DNA of 63,418 bases, taken from the NCBI GenBank assembly GCA_002477805.1, contig DLKQ01000022.1:1-63418 (forward strand), given 5' to 3'. Below the pieces are notes generated by a model. The model had not been told where the DNA came from, searched no databases, and saw nothing but the letters and a program-made list of their open reading frames with translations. The DNA is from Christensenella sp. UBA7584 (GTDB lineage: Bacteria; Bacillota; Clostridia; Christensenellales; UBA1242). This document shows, one piece after another, positions 17,969-27,918 of the stretch (its first letter is position 1; each line of letters opens with the position of its first letter). The position numbers and the translations under genes were made by a program.

Positions 17969-20251
17969 ATGTTTTCAAGAAAAGTTTGTTACGAAATGAT
18001 AAAGTATTTACTTTTTTTCTTGTTGTTTTATATTCTTTCTGTTGCTGAGATTGAAGGTATAAGGCCATTTGCTTTTGGAATGTTTTTTGCACTAATTTGG
18101 TGTAATCAAAAACTTTACCTTATTGCTCCAATTTATTTTCTAAGTGGAATTTTAGCAGACTTTTCAATTAATACAATAATAAGTTTAGCGGGGACTTGTA
18201 TTGTTTTTTCAATTTTTTATTTGTTACATTTAAGATTAAAAAAACCTCTTAATGCCATTTTGATTGGTGTATATGCTTTTTTATCGCAATTTGCTTTTCT
18301 TTATCTCAACATACAAAGTGCAGAACAAATCATTTCCGCTTCAATTACTGTAATAGTGGGGCTTGTTTGTATGTACGCTTATCTATATTTTATGCAAAGT
18401 TTGATTTTGCAGGGTGTAAGAAGAAGATTTACCCTTGATGAAGTTATATCTGCAGGAGTGCTTCTTGTGAGTATTGGAGCTGGGATATCAAATATTCCTG
18501 ATTTTTATGGTATTTTTGCTAAAATCTTGTTGATTTTTTCTACTCTTTTATTTGTTTGGATATTCAACACTTCAACTAGTATTAGTTTTTCTATTTTGCT
18601 TGGACTTGGTGCAAGTTTAGGTGCTGACAATGTATTGTTTTTTTTAGATATTAGTCTAATTAGCTTAATTGCAAATTTGACAAGGTCTGAAAAGAAGTTT
18701 TTTTGTTGTTTGTCTATAATTTTAGTAGATTTGTTTGTAAATTTATATTTCTTTGATAATTACAATGCTTATATGTTGCTTTCAAGTTTAATAGCGTCTG
18801 TTTTGTTTTTATTGGTTCCAAATAAAACTTTGCATAAGCTATCAAATGTTGTTATTAGCGATAGTGATGATTTTGCTTTAAGAAATATGATAAACAGAAG
18901 TCGAAAAATTTTATATAAAAGAATTTGGGGTATAAGTGAAGTTTTTTTGGAAATGCAAAATGTTTTTATGAGTATGGCAAAAAACATAATGAGTCCTGAA
19001 GATTCGATTTCTTTTGTTGCAAACGAAACTAGAAAAAATGTATGTGAAAATTGTTCGAGAAAAAATGATTGCTGGAGGGTGAATTTAAACAAGACAACAA
19101 AAGAGATTGAAAATTTAGCCGCATTAAGTTTGGCTAGAGGCAGGGTTAATGTTCTTGATGTTCCAAGTGGGTTGAGTACAAAATGCCAAAAGCTATCTGT
19201 TTTAATTGGTGGAATAAATTCAGCTTCAAAGGATTTTAATAGCTATACAAAAAATATTTCCGGAATGAATGAAAGTAGAATCTTGATTGCAGACCAATTA
19301 TATGGTGTTTCACAAATTCTAAAATCTCTTGCTGAGGAAGTAAATCTAAACATAAATTTTGATGCTGTAAAAGAAAGAAAAATTATTGAAGAACTTTCAG
19401 CTTATCACATATTATGTAGTGAAGCTGTTATTTATTTTCAAAATAAAGAAATTAAAAGTGTAAGCCTAATTGTTCGTAAAAGTGATGCAAATCGAAAAGA
19501 AATTAGTGAAATTGTTGGGAAAATATTAAATTGTAAAATGGAAATTTCAAGTGTAGCACCTTCAGAAAAAAGTGGATATTTGCTTTTGGTTTTGAAGACG
19601 AAAGTTTTTTATGATATGATTTTTGGTAGTGCAGGTGTGACTAAAAATGGAGGAAAGGTTAGTGGTGATACACATTCCGTGATGCGAGTGGGAGAAGATA
19701 AAATTATGATGGCACTTTGTGACGGAATGGGGAGTGGTAGCTCTGCAGAAAAAGTTAGTAGTTTGGCATTAGGTTTAGTCGAAAATTTTTACAAGGCTGG
19801 TTTTGAAAGTTTGATTATTTTATCAAATGTAAATAAACTTATTTCTATGAAAGGTGAAGAAAATTTTAGTGCATTAGACATTTGTGTTTTTGATTTAAGA
19901 CAAAATATATGCGATCTTGTTAAATTAGGTTCTCCAATGGGATTTTTAAAAAGAAAAGATGAAACTATAATTATTGATGCTGGTTCACTACCATTAGGTA
20001 TACTTGATGATGTCAGACCTTGTTTTAAGAGCTATGCTCTATGTGATGAAGATATGGTCATATTAATTACAGACGGAGTTCTTGATGCTTTTGGTGATTT
20101 TGAAAGTTTGAATAATTTTATTGCTGAATCAAAGATATTAAATCCACAAGTTTTAGCTGAAAAAATTATTGAAGAAGCTCTTGTTAAATGTCATAATTGT
20201 GCTCCCGATGATATGACCATCTTGATTGGAAAAGTTTGGAGAAAGATTTAA
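17969..20251 (+). CDS. spoIIE: Stage II sporulation protein E (SpoIIE) type membrane PP2C phosphatase
   Basis: 760 aa with a GGAGG RBS. About 10 N-terminal TM helices, a central domain and a C-terminal PP2C domain (GDTHSVM, ALCDGMGSGSSAEKVS, ITDGVLD, DDMTIL). Lies upstream of tilS as in Bacillus. Confidence 0.85.
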   Translation: MFSRKVCYEMIKYLLFFLLFYILSVAEIEGIRPFAFGMFFALIWCNQKLYLIAPIYFLSGILADFSINTIISLAGTCIVFSIFYLLHLRLKKPLNAILIGVYAFLSQFAFLYLNIQSAEQIISASITVIVGLVCMYAYLYFMQSLILQGVRRRFTLDEVISAGVLLVSIGAGISNIPDFYGIFAKILLIFSTLLFVWIFNTSTSISFSILLGLGASLGADNVLFFLDISLISLIANLTRSEKKFFCCLSIILVDLFVNLYFFDNYNAYMLLSSLIASVLFLLVPNKTLHKLSNVVISDSDDFALRNMINRSRKILYKRIWGISEVFLEMQNVFMSMAKNIMSPEDSISFVANETRKNVCENCSRKNDCWRVNLNKTTKEIENLAALSLARGRVNVLDVPSGLSTKCQKLSVLIGGINSASKDFNSYTKNISGMNESRILIADQLYGVSQILKSLAEEVNLNINFDAVKERKIIEELSAYHILCSEAVIYFQNKEIKSVSLIVRKSDANRKEISEIVGKILNCKMEISSVAPSEKSGYLLLVLKTKVFYDMIFGSAGVTKNGGKVSGDTHSVMRVGEDKIMMALCDGMGSGSSAEKVSSLALGLVENFYKAGFESLIILSNVNKLISMKGEENFSALDICVFDLRQNICDLVKLGSPMGFLKRKDETIIIDAGSLPLGILDDVRPCFKSYALCDEDMVILITDGVLDAFGDFESLNNFIAESKILNPQVLAEKIIEEALVKCHNCAPDDMTILIGKVWRKI

Positions 20252-20370
20252 TTTGCAAAATTTAATGTTAAAAAATATGAAAAAAGCATAAAAATGACCT
20301 ATTATTTCACTTTTTTCTAATTTTTATTAAAATTTTTGACAATATATATTGCTTATTTTTGAAAAGGGTA

Positions 20371-20399
20371 TTGAAATTTTTTAGGGTATGATATATAAT
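20371..20399 (+). promoter_or_regulatory. Promoter of tilS
   Basis: TTGAAA, 17 nt, TATAAT. Confidence 0.6.
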
Positions 20400-20427
20400 A
20401 TTCATAAGAAGTGATGGAGTGCTTGTT

Positions 20428-21786
20428 ATGGTATTTGAAAAAGTTTTGGAATTAGTTAAAAAACAAAATATGTTTCCTTCTGGAAGTGTTGTTGGTGTTG
20501 CTTGTAGTGGTGGCTCGGATTCTATGAGCTTACTTCATTTTTTGAATACAAATCGAGATAAGCTAGATATAGAAATTGTTGCAATTCATATTGACCACGG
20601 AACTAGAGATAATGATGCTAGAGATGCTTATTTTGTAGAAGATTTTTGTCGGGAAAATCATATAAGATTTCAAAAATTTAAGGTCGAAGCAAAGGTTCTA
20701 GCAAAGCAAAAAGGCTGGACAATGGAACAGGCTTGTAGGGAAGCTAGATATGGTATTTTTGAAAGCTTAAAAAAGAAAGGAATTGTGGACAAAATTGCAC
20801 TTGCTCATCAGCAAAGTGACCAGGCAGAAACAGTTCTTTTACACATTTTACGCGGTTCTGGTCTTCAAGGCGCAAGTGGAATGTCGTATGTAAGAGATGA
20901 TTTTTATGTAAGACCGCTTTTGGATACACCAAAACAAGAAATTTTGTCTTATATTTATGAAAATCAAATTCCTTATGTGGAAGATGAAACAAATACCGAT
21001 ACAGCTATTTCTCGAAATTTTTTACGTCAAAAAATATTGCCAGAATTAAGACAAGTTTGGCCAAAAGTTGATGAATCAATTTGTAATTTTGGTAAAATAT
21101 GTAAAGATGATGATGATACAATACGTCGTCTTATGAATTTTGATTCAATTATTTTTAACGGTAAAATCATAAAAATTCCACTTTCCTATTTTTCTTATTC
21201 AAAAAGTTATGTTTACAGAATGATTATGGATTGTTTTTCTAAATTTGGTATAGTGCAGGGGATTGAAAAAAAGCATCTTGATATGATTTATGATTTTGCA
21301 TTGTCAAGTGAAAATGGTGCAAAGTTAAATATGCCAGATTTTGTCACAGTGTTCAAAGAGTATGAATATGTTACCTTGGCACTAAAAAAGCCAAAACTAT
21401 TGGTGCAAACAGAATGGGAATTTAAAAGAGGTGTGACTCATTTTGAGGATTATGGTTCAATAAAAATTAGAAAAGTTCAAAAGGGACAAAAAATTTTACC
21501 AGGTACTCTTCTTATTGATGCAGATAAAGTTCCACAAGGGGCTGTTTGGAGACTTAGAAAAGATGGTGACTTTATCGAAAAATTTGGTGGAGCGGGGATT
21601 GTTAAAGTAAAGAAATTCCTTTCAGATAAAAAAGTTCCTCAAAGGGTGAGAAAAGTTTTGCCAATGCTTGCTGTTGGAAACGAGGTGTTTGTAATAGCAA
21701 ATATTGATATTTCTGAGGCTTTAAGGGTTACTCCAGACACTAAAAATGCATATTTAATAGAATTTAATTTAAAAAATTGGGTTTAA
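20428..21786 (+). CDS. tilS: tRNA(Ile)-lysidine synthetase
   Basis: PP-loop motif ACSGGSDSMSL, then LAHQQSDQAETVLL. The start is taken at ATG 20428; GTG 20419 is possible. Confidence 0.92.
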   Translation: MVFEKVLELVKKQNMFPSGSVVGVACSGGSDSMSLLHFLNTNRDKLDIEIVAIHIDHGTRDNDARDAYFVEDFCRENHIRFQKFKVEAKVLAKQKGWTMEQACREARYGIFESLKKKGIVDKIALAHQQSDQAETVLLHILRGSGLQGASGMSYVRDDFYVRPLLDTPKQEILSYIYENQIPYVEDETNTDTAISRNFLRQKILPELRQVWPKVDESICNFGKICKDDDDTIRRLMNFDSIIFNGKIIKIPLSYFSYSKSYVYRMIMDCFSKFGIVQGIEKKHLDMIYDFALSSENGAKLNMPDFVTVFKEYEYVTLALKKPKLLVQTEWEFKRGVTHFEDYGSIKIRKVQKGQKILPGTLLIDADKVPQGAVWRLRKDGDFIEKFGGAGIVKVKKFLSDKKVPQRVRKVLPMLAVGNEVFVIANIDISEALRVTPDTKNAYLIEFNLKNWV

Positions 21787-21865
21787 TCCCGATTTTTTGT
21801 TTATTTCTTTGACAAAAATTGTTTGGTATGATATTCTTGAAACAAGTGAAAAGTGGGGAAAGATA

Positions 21866-23248
21866 ATGCAACAAGAAGCTGAACATAAGAGTGAAGTAGA
21901 TGTTAAAATAAAAAAAACAAAATTGTTTTGCAAAACAATTGTTGCTGTTTCTAAAAGTGTAAGTCAAGCCTCCTACTATGCGAAAAAATATTATCAACAG
22001 GTTGTTGATATACCAAAACCAAACGCTGAGCAATTGACTGCTGAAATTACTGAAAAATCAAATCAAGCAGTTAACAACCAAAAAACAAAGAAAAAACGAT
22101 GGCTTAATATAATTTTTCTTTTAATAAACATTGGTATTGTTGTCGGAATTATTCTTTGGAATGTTCTGGGAAATGATGAAAGTATGAGTTTTTCAGAACT
22201 TCTGACAAGGCAAATAAATTGGGAGTGGTTATTTTTTGGGGTAGTTCTTTTTGTTTTGGTCAACTTTGCTGATTCTGCCCGAATTTTTACGATGATTTTA
22301 TATAGCACAAAACGACCAAGGCCATTCCTAAGTTATAAATCTGTTGCAATGTGCAGATTTTATGACTGTGCGACTCCAATGGCAACTGGTGGACAGCCTT
22401 TTCAAATTTTTTATTTAAACAAGAGAGGACTTCCTGCTGGTACAGCAACTAGTGTTCCTATCGCAAAGTATCTTTATTCTCAGTTTTACACTATTTTATT
22501 TATGGCAGTGGTTCTAATTTGTAAGCACGCCTATCTTATAACTTTAAATCCCTGGGTTTTAACACTGGCTTATATCACTTTGGGCTTGAATTTACTTCTT
22601 ATTGCAGGAATAATATTTTTGTCTGTGAGTAAAAAAATAGGGCCAAGCTGTGCTGTTGGTATCTTAAAATTTCTGTCTAAGATTAAAATTGTAAAAGATT
22701 ATCGAAAATCTTTCGTAAAAGTAATGAAAACAGTGCGCGAGTATTCTTCCACAATGAAAATGTTTGTAAGTAATATTTGGATTGCATTGTTTATGCTCTT
22801 ATTTAGTGTCGTGCATCTTATACTTAATTATAGTTTGCCTTTTGTTGTGTATGCAACTTTTATGCCACTTGATGCAAGTTGGTTTGAGGCTTATGTTAAT
22901 TTGTTTACTATCGGAATTGTTTGTGATATGGCTTGTGGATTGATTCCACTTCCAGGTGGGTCTGGAATGGCTGAAATTTCCTTTGCTGCACTTGTAACAA
23001 CTTCGGGATTATTTGTTACCGCAGATGGTTACAATATTATTGTTTGGGCGTTACTGCTTTGGCGTATTTTCTCTTATTATGGTTATCTTATTCAGGGGCT
23101 ATTTGTTTCATTTTATGATAGCTTGATTGGAAACAAAAAAATAGCTCCACTTCTTGAAAGATTTAAAAAAGAAGATTTACAAAAAGAAAAAGAAAAACAA
23201 AACCAAGAACCTGTTGTTAAGGTTGTGAAAAATAGGAGGAGAAAATGA
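21866..23248 (+). CDS. Flippase-like / lysylphosphatidylglycerol-synthase TM-region family (UPF0104) membrane protein
   Basis: Track ORF trimmed to MQQEAEHK. Multi-TM protein with the family signature PLPGGSGMAEISF. Confidence 0.75.
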   Translation: MQQEAEHKSEVDVKIKKTKLFCKTIVAVSKSVSQASYYAKKYYQQVVDIPKPNAEQLTAEITEKSNQAVNNQKTKKKRWLNIIFLLINIGIVVGIILWNVLGNDESMSFSELLTRQINWEWLFFGVVLFVLVNFADSARIFTMILYSTKRPRPFLSYKSVAMCRFYDCATPMATGGQPFQIFYLNKRGLPAGTATSVPIAKYLYSQFYTILFMAVVLICKHAYLITLNPWVLTLAYITLGLNLLLIAGIIFLSVSKKIGPSCAVGILKFLSKIKIVKDYRKSFVKVMKTVREYSSTMKMFVSNIWIALFMLLFSVVHLILNYSLPFVVYATFMPLDASWFEAYVNLFTIGIVCDMACGLIPLPGGSGMAEISFAALVTTSGLFVTADGYNIIVWALLLWRIFSYYGYLIQGLFVSFYDSLIGNKKIAPLLERFKKEDLQKEKEKQNQEPVVKVVKNRRRK

Positions 23249-24567
23249 GTGATTATGAACATAATAGGCTAAGACCTAAGGATAAAAATACCAAATGGTA
23301 TTTTTGGCTTTTTGTCGCTCTCCTTGGAGCTTTGCTTCTTTCAAACCTTGCGGGTGAAACAATAAAGCAAATGTTCTTTTCTTTACTTGCTGGTATTACC
23401 CCAATTATTGTAGCTGTTTGTCTTGCTTTTTTACTATTACACCCAATTGAGTGGATTGAAAACAAACTTTTAAAAAACGCTTTTGTGGGTAATCCTAAAT
23501 CAAAAATATACAAAAGAATGATTTCGCTTTCAATCTGTTACTTTGTTATCATTGGAATAGTTGTTGTTCTTTTGGTAACTATGGTTCCATATCTTGTAAG
23601 TACTTTAAAAGAGCTTTCAAGTAATGGTGATAGTATAATCGCTGATTTGAGAACGCAAATAACTAATCTTGTTGTAAGTATTACTGGCATTTCTGCGACA
23701 GAAGTTTCTGCCTATATGGAAAATTTTTTAAATCAATTAAGTACTACAATTAGTGGTTGGTTTACTTCCCTTAATTTGATTGATATGGTTACTGTTGTTG
23801 GTAATGTTATTTTTGTGACTTTTATGTCTATTTTGCTAAGTTTTTTAATGCTCAAAGATAAAGAGCTTGTTGCGAACACTGCAAGAAGATACACATACGC
23901 ATATAATTCAAAGAAAAAGGCTGATGAAATATTAATTACAACTAGACGTTCTCGTAAAATGCTTGACCAGTGGTTATTTTGCAATATTATATTAATGATT
24001 ATAATTTTTGTTATCGCTTGGATTGGTTATGCGATAATTGGAATTAAATTCTCTGGGCTTTTAGCATTGGCTCTTGCTGTTTTGTCTGTGATTCCGTATA
24101 TTGGTGGATTTATTGCTATTATTCCAGTTGCAATGATTGCTCTTGTGTTTGGAACAACATCACAGATGATTGCTGGTGTGATTTTTGGTCTTGCAACTTG
24201 GGCTATTATAACAACAGTTCTTCCTCCATTTTTAATGAGTAGTAGACTAAAGACAAGGGCTGTGGTTTTAATTTTGACAATGATTATTGCGGGTGCTTTG
24301 TTTGGATTGTGGGGAATGCTATTGTCAGGACCTATTGGTGCAATAATCACGATCTACCTTCAAGAGAGGCTTGAGGTTAGAGAGGCAATGAGAGAAAGAG
24401 AGGAAATGGTTGAAGCGGGTGTTGTTGATGTTCCAACTTCTGGAGTTAGTGAAATGCTAGATTATCAAGAAGATATTGACCCAACTGTTTTGGATATAAT
24501 TGAAGAAGATAAAGTTGCAAAAAATAAACAAAAAGAACAAAAAAAGAATTTAAAAGATAAAAAATAA
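23245..24567 (+). CDS. AI-2E family (PerM/UPF0118) transporter
   Basis: 440 aa, 8 or so TM helices, VIPYIGGFIAIIPVAMIAL motif. ATGA overlap with the upstream gene. Confidence 0.85.
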   Translation: MSDYEHNRLRPKDKNTKWYFWLFVALLGALLLSNLAGETIKQMFFSLLAGITPIIVAVCLAFLLLHPIEWIENKLLKNAFVGNPKSKIYKRMISLSICYFVIIGIVVVLLVTMVPYLVSTLKELSSNGDSIIADLRTQITNLVVSITGISATEVSAYMENFLNQLSTTISGWFTSLNLIDMVTVVGNVIFVTFMSILLSFLMLKDKELVANTARRYTYAYNSKKKADEILITTRRSRKMLDQWLFCNIILMIIIFVIAWIGYAIIGIKFSGLLALALAVLSVIPYIGGFIAIIPVAMIALVFGTTSQMIAGVIFGLATWAIITTVLPPFLMSSRLKTRAVVLILTMIIAGALFGLWGMLLSGPIGAIITIYLQERLEVREAMREREEMVEAGVVDVPTSGVSEMLDYQEDIDPTVLDIIEEDKVAKNKQKEQKKNLKDKK

Positions 24568-24588
24568 ATTAAAAAGAAGGTCAATAAA

Positions 24589-25572
24589 ATGAAAAAAATA
24601 CAATTTAGTGCGGCTAAACCAACTGGGCGTTTAACACTAGGGAATTATATCGGAGCTGTTAACAATTGGATTTCTATGCAAGAAGAGTATAATTCTATTT
24701 TTTGTGTTGCTGATTTACATTCGCTTACTGTAAAAATTGAGCCAGATGAACTCAGAGATAATAGTTTTGCTGTTATGGCAAATTATTTGGCAGTTGGACT
24801 TGATCCAAAAAAGTGTGTGCTTTACTATCAATCGCAACTTCCCGCACATCCGGAGCTTTGTTGGGAGATGAATTGCATTACTTCAATGGGTGAAGCAAGT
24901 AGAATGACTGCTTATAAAGAAAAGGCTCAAAAAAATCAAAATGTCTCGGTTGGACTATTTGACTATCCAATGCTTATGGCGGCCGATATTCTGCTTTTTG
25001 ACACTGATTATGTTGCAATTGGAGAGGACCAGCGTCAGCATCTTGAACTTGCAAGGGATTTGGCAATTCGTTTTAATAATAAATATGGAAACACTTTTGT
25101 GGTACCAGAAGGTATTTATCCAAAAGTCGGTGCAAAAATATACAATTTACAAAATCCTATCCGCAAAATGAGTAAAAGTGATGATGACAATAGCGGTAAC
25201 ATTTTACTTGAAGACGATATTGATCTTATTCGTCAGAAGATAAAAAGGGCTGTTACGGATAGTGGCTCCGAAATTGTCGCAAGAGAAGACAAACCTGGAG
25301 TTACAAACTTGCTTAATATTTTTTCAGTTCTTTCTAAAATGTCTATCAAAGAAGCGGAGAAGTATTTTGATGGTAAAAACTATGGCTGTTTAAAAAATGA
25401 AGTTGCTGAACTTGTTATTGAAACATTAAAACCTGTTCAACAAAAGTTTAAGTATTATATGTCACACAAAGAGGAAATAATAGATATTGCAAAAGAGGGT
25501 GTTGAAAAAGTAAGAGAGCAAGCTGAGAACAAAGTAAAATTAGTGAAAGAAAAGATGGGGCTAATTTTCTAA
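24589..25572 (+). CDS. trpS: Tryptophan--tRNA ligase
   Basis: 327 aa. KPTGRLTLGNY (HIGH region), GEDQRQHLEL and KMSKS. Only 21 nt lie after the upstream gene, so there is no T-box leader. Confidence 0.96.
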   Translation: MKKIQFSAAKPTGRLTLGNYIGAVNNWISMQEEYNSIFCVADLHSLTVKIEPDELRDNSFAVMANYLAVGLDPKKCVLYYQSQLPAHPELCWEMNCITSMGEASRMTAYKEKAQKNQNVSVGLFDYPMLMAADILLFDTDYVAIGEDQRQHLELARDLAIRFNNKYGNTFVVPEGIYPKVGAKIYNLQNPIRKMSKSDDDNSGNILLEDDIDLIRQKIKRAVTDSGSEIVAREDKPGVTNLLNIFSVLSKMSIKEAEKYFDGKNYGCLKNEVAELVIETLKPVQQKFKYYMSHKEEIIDIAKEGVEKVREQAENKVKLVKEKMGLIF

Positions 25573-25585
25573 AAAGGAGAAAATT

Positions 25586-26146
25586 GTGTCGGAAGAAAAA
25601 GAAATAGAAAGTCAAAATGAAACAGAGAATCAAAATAAAGAAAGTGCTGAGAATAACCAACTTAAAGTAGGGATACCATCATCTGTTTCAAAATTTTTTT
25701 CAGAAAAAAGAGATAAAAAGGCTCTGAAAAATTTACAGAACGATGTGAAAAAGGATACTCAAAAAGATCCTTATCACAAACAACATCTTTTTCGCAAGAA
25801 TGTTGAGTTTATGGCAGGGCGTAGCGAAAGTCTAAAAGAGCAAATGAAAAGATTTAATGAAAAATTTTATCAGCGAAAAAGTGTTGGGCAAAAAATACAG
25901 CGAACTAATGATATTAGTGATGCAAAAAATGAGTTAAAGCAATATCAACAACTAAGAAAAGAAGAAGATGAAATTGGAAAACAACTTAAGTTTCAAGTAT
26001 TTAAAGAAAATACAAAAAGAGTTATAGAGGGGCCAAAAGGCTGTTTGAAAGATTTGAAGGGCTGTCTTTTTTCTGCAATGGTGTGTTTAACCCTTTGTGG
26101 TGGTGGTATTCTCGCTGGAATTTTGAAACTTTGTGGTATTTTTTAA
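25586..26146 (+). CDS. Hypothetical Lys/Glu-rich protein with a Cys-rich hydrophobic C-terminal tail
   Basis: 186 aa, GTG start 7 nt after AGGAG. The tail reads GCLKDLKGCLFSAMVCLTLCGGGILAGILKLCGIF. Confidence 0.65.
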   Translation: MSEEKEIESQNETENQNKESAENNQLKVGIPSSVSKFFSEKRDKKALKNLQNDVKKDTQKDPYHKQHLFRKNVEFMAGRSESLKEQMKRFNEKFYQRKSVGQKIQRTNDISDAKNELKQYQQLRKEEDEIGKQLKFQVFKENTKRVIEGPKGCLKDLKGCLFSAMVCLTLCGGGILAGILKLCGIF

Positions 26147-26173
26147 AAGAACAAGAACACTTGTTCTTTTTTT
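26145..26173. terminator. Bidirectional terminator between convergent genes
   Basis: AAAAGAACAAG-AACA-CTTGTTCTTTT followed by TTT. Confidence 0.75.
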
Positions 26174-26174
26174 A

Positions 26175-26414
26175 TTAAAATAAATTATTTAAGAGAGTTA
26201 AAAGGTTGGTGTTATTGTTTGCAAATTGATAATTAAAACAGCAAGCCCTTCTGTTATTTTGCGAAAAGTTTGTCAAGTTTGTTGCGTACGAAAGGGCTAT
26301 TAGTGCTACGAGTAGTATAATTAAAAGCGTTGTATTATTTGTTAAATCAACACCTGTTCCTGTAGCCCAAAGTGCTATCAGTAGCACTAAAACTACACTT
26401 TGTGAAATTGTCAT
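26175..26414 (-). CDS. Small Asn-rich two-TM membrane protein
   Basis: Track ORF trimmed to MTISQSVVLVLLIALW (GGAGG RBS), 79 aa. Divergent from the ArsR gene. Confidence 0.6.
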   Translation of the reverse strand: MTISQSVVLVLLIALWATGTGVDLTNNTTLLIILLVALIALSYATNLTNFSQNNRRACCFNYQFANNNTNLLTLLNNLF

Positions 26415-26481
26415 ATTATGTAATCCTCCAAAATTTTGCAAAAAATATGTTTAAAATTTATTATGTTTTAAATTTCGCAAA

Positions 26482-26519
26482 TGTGCAAAATTGTGCATTT
26501 TTTATTTTTTTGCTATACT
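26482..26519 (+). promoter_or_regulatory. ArsR-gene promoter with a TGTGCA-N4-TGTGCA repeat over the -35
   Basis: TGTGCA at 26482 and 26492, 10 bp apart. TTGTGC -35, 17 nt, TGC-TATACT -10 (26514-26519). Confidence 0.45.
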
Positions 26520-26538
26520 TAATTTCAGTGAGGTGTAT

Positions 26539-26847
26539 ATGGAAACAAATATATTGACAGGGTTTTTGCCACAAAAACAAGAACTAGAAAAAATGAGTTA
26601 TCTCTTTAGTTGCTTTTCAGATGTGACAAGGCTTAAAATACTATCTGCGCTTAGCTTGGCTCCAATGTTTGTTACAGAGCTTAGTGTTGCAATACAAGCA
26701 AACCAAACAACTGTTAGTCACCAATTAAAAATTATGAAAGAAAGGGGAATAGTGAGTTCAAGGCGTTTTGGTAAAATGTTAAAATATCAAATTTCATCTA
26801 TTTTTGTTTCAAAAATTCTAGAAAATGGTGTTGATTTTTTTGAATAA
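26539..26847 (+). CDS. ArsR/SmtB family transcriptional regulator
   Basis: Track ORF trimmed to METNILTG (GAGGTG RBS), 102 aa. FSDVTRLKILSAL...VTELSVAIQANQTTVSHQLKIMKERGIV wHTH. Confidence 0.88.
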   Translation: METNILTGFLPQKQELEKMSYLFSCFSDVTRLKILSALSLAPMFVTELSVAIQANQTTVSHQLKIMKERGIVSSRRFGKMLKYQISSIFVSKILENGVDFFE

Positions 26848-26911
26848 TTAAGTAATAAATATTAATTTTAATAACTCCAGTTGCATATTCTATGACTAAG
26901 GAGTTTTTATT

Positions 26912-27904
26912 TTGAGGAAAATTCTATCTAAAAAAATAATTTTACGAATAGTTTGTTTTGTTTTAGGTGTTATGTTTTTAGTGCTTCCTGTGTTTTTATT
27001 TATAAACAATAAAGAAAAAACTGGTCAGGCTGAAGCAAAGTCTGAAGTGTTTTTGGAACTTTGGAATGTAGATACCTTTGAAGGAGGAAAGTCAAGTCGG
27101 GGTGCTTTTTTGGAGAAACAAGCAATTGCTTTTCAAAAAATGAATACTGGAGTTTATATTATTACTAAATCACTTAACAAAGAGCAACTTAAAATTCAAC
27201 TTGCAAGTGGTGCTTGTCCTGATTTTATAAGTTTTGGAATAGGTGTTGGAGATATGATTTCTGGTCTTGTTAAGGCAATGGATTCTTTTGATATTCGAAA
27301 TGAACTTAAATTTCACAACTTAGTACCTTGGTGTTATGGTGGCTATGTGCTTTGCTCTAAAATACAGATTAAAAATGTAAATGAAGTTTTAAATGGGAAT
27401 TCTGTTGGTTTTGGAAATGAAAATACAGTTACTATCAATGCTTTAAGGGCAAATTTAAAAACAGATATTAGTAAAATCAACGTGTACGAAAAGAGTTTGT
27501 CAACATATTCTCAGTATAGTGCATATGAAGATTTTTTGGCTGATAAGTTTGATGTATTAATAGGCACTCAAAGGGATTTTTATAGACTCAAAAACAGAAT
27601 GGACTTGGGTGCTTTGTCAAATTGCAGTTTTAAATTTTTAGAAGGATATACTGACCTTGTTGAGTGGTTTGCTTGCTTTTCTGAAGAAGAAGAAAAGGTA
27701 GAACTTGTATATAAGTTTGTGAAATATGTGTTGAGCGATGATGTTCAGAAAAAACTTGAAGGGCTTGGAATGTTTTCCGTAACAGGCTTGGAAATATATA
27801 AAGATGAATACTACAAAAAATTTGAAGAAGCACTTCAAAAACCATTAAAGGTTTTAAATCCACTCTTAAGTTTGGTTGAAATAAAAGAAATGCAAAAAAT
27901 ATAA
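26912..27904 (+). CDS. Membrane-anchored hypothetical protein (possibly solute-binding-protein-like fold)
   Basis: 330 aa, TTG start 7 nt after AAGGAG, N-terminal TM/signal anchor. The function call is weak. Confidence 0.6.
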   Translation: MRKILSKKIILRIVCFVLGVMFLVLPVFLFINNKEKTGQAEAKSEVFLELWNVDTFEGGKSSRGAFLEKQAIAFQKMNTGVYIITKSLNKEQLKIQLASGACPDFISFGIGVGDMISGLVKAMDSFDIRNELKFHNLVPWCYGGYVLCSKIQIKNVNEVLNGNSVGFGNENTVTINALRANLKTDISKINVYEKSLSTYSQYSAYEDFLADKFDVLIGTQRDFYRLKNRMDLGALSNCSFKFLEGYTDLVEWFACFSEEEEKVELVYKFVKYVLSDDVQKKLEGLGMFSVTGLEIYKDEYYKKFEEALQKPLKVLNPLLSLVEIKEMQKI

Positions 27905-27918
27905 AAAGGTGGAAATTT

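Noticed and set aside
26848-26911. AACTCC...GGAGTT pairing that could sequester the RBS of the 26912 gene
   Set aside because: The stem is only 6 bp with a 21-nt loop in AT-rich sequence, which is too weak to propose a riboregulator.
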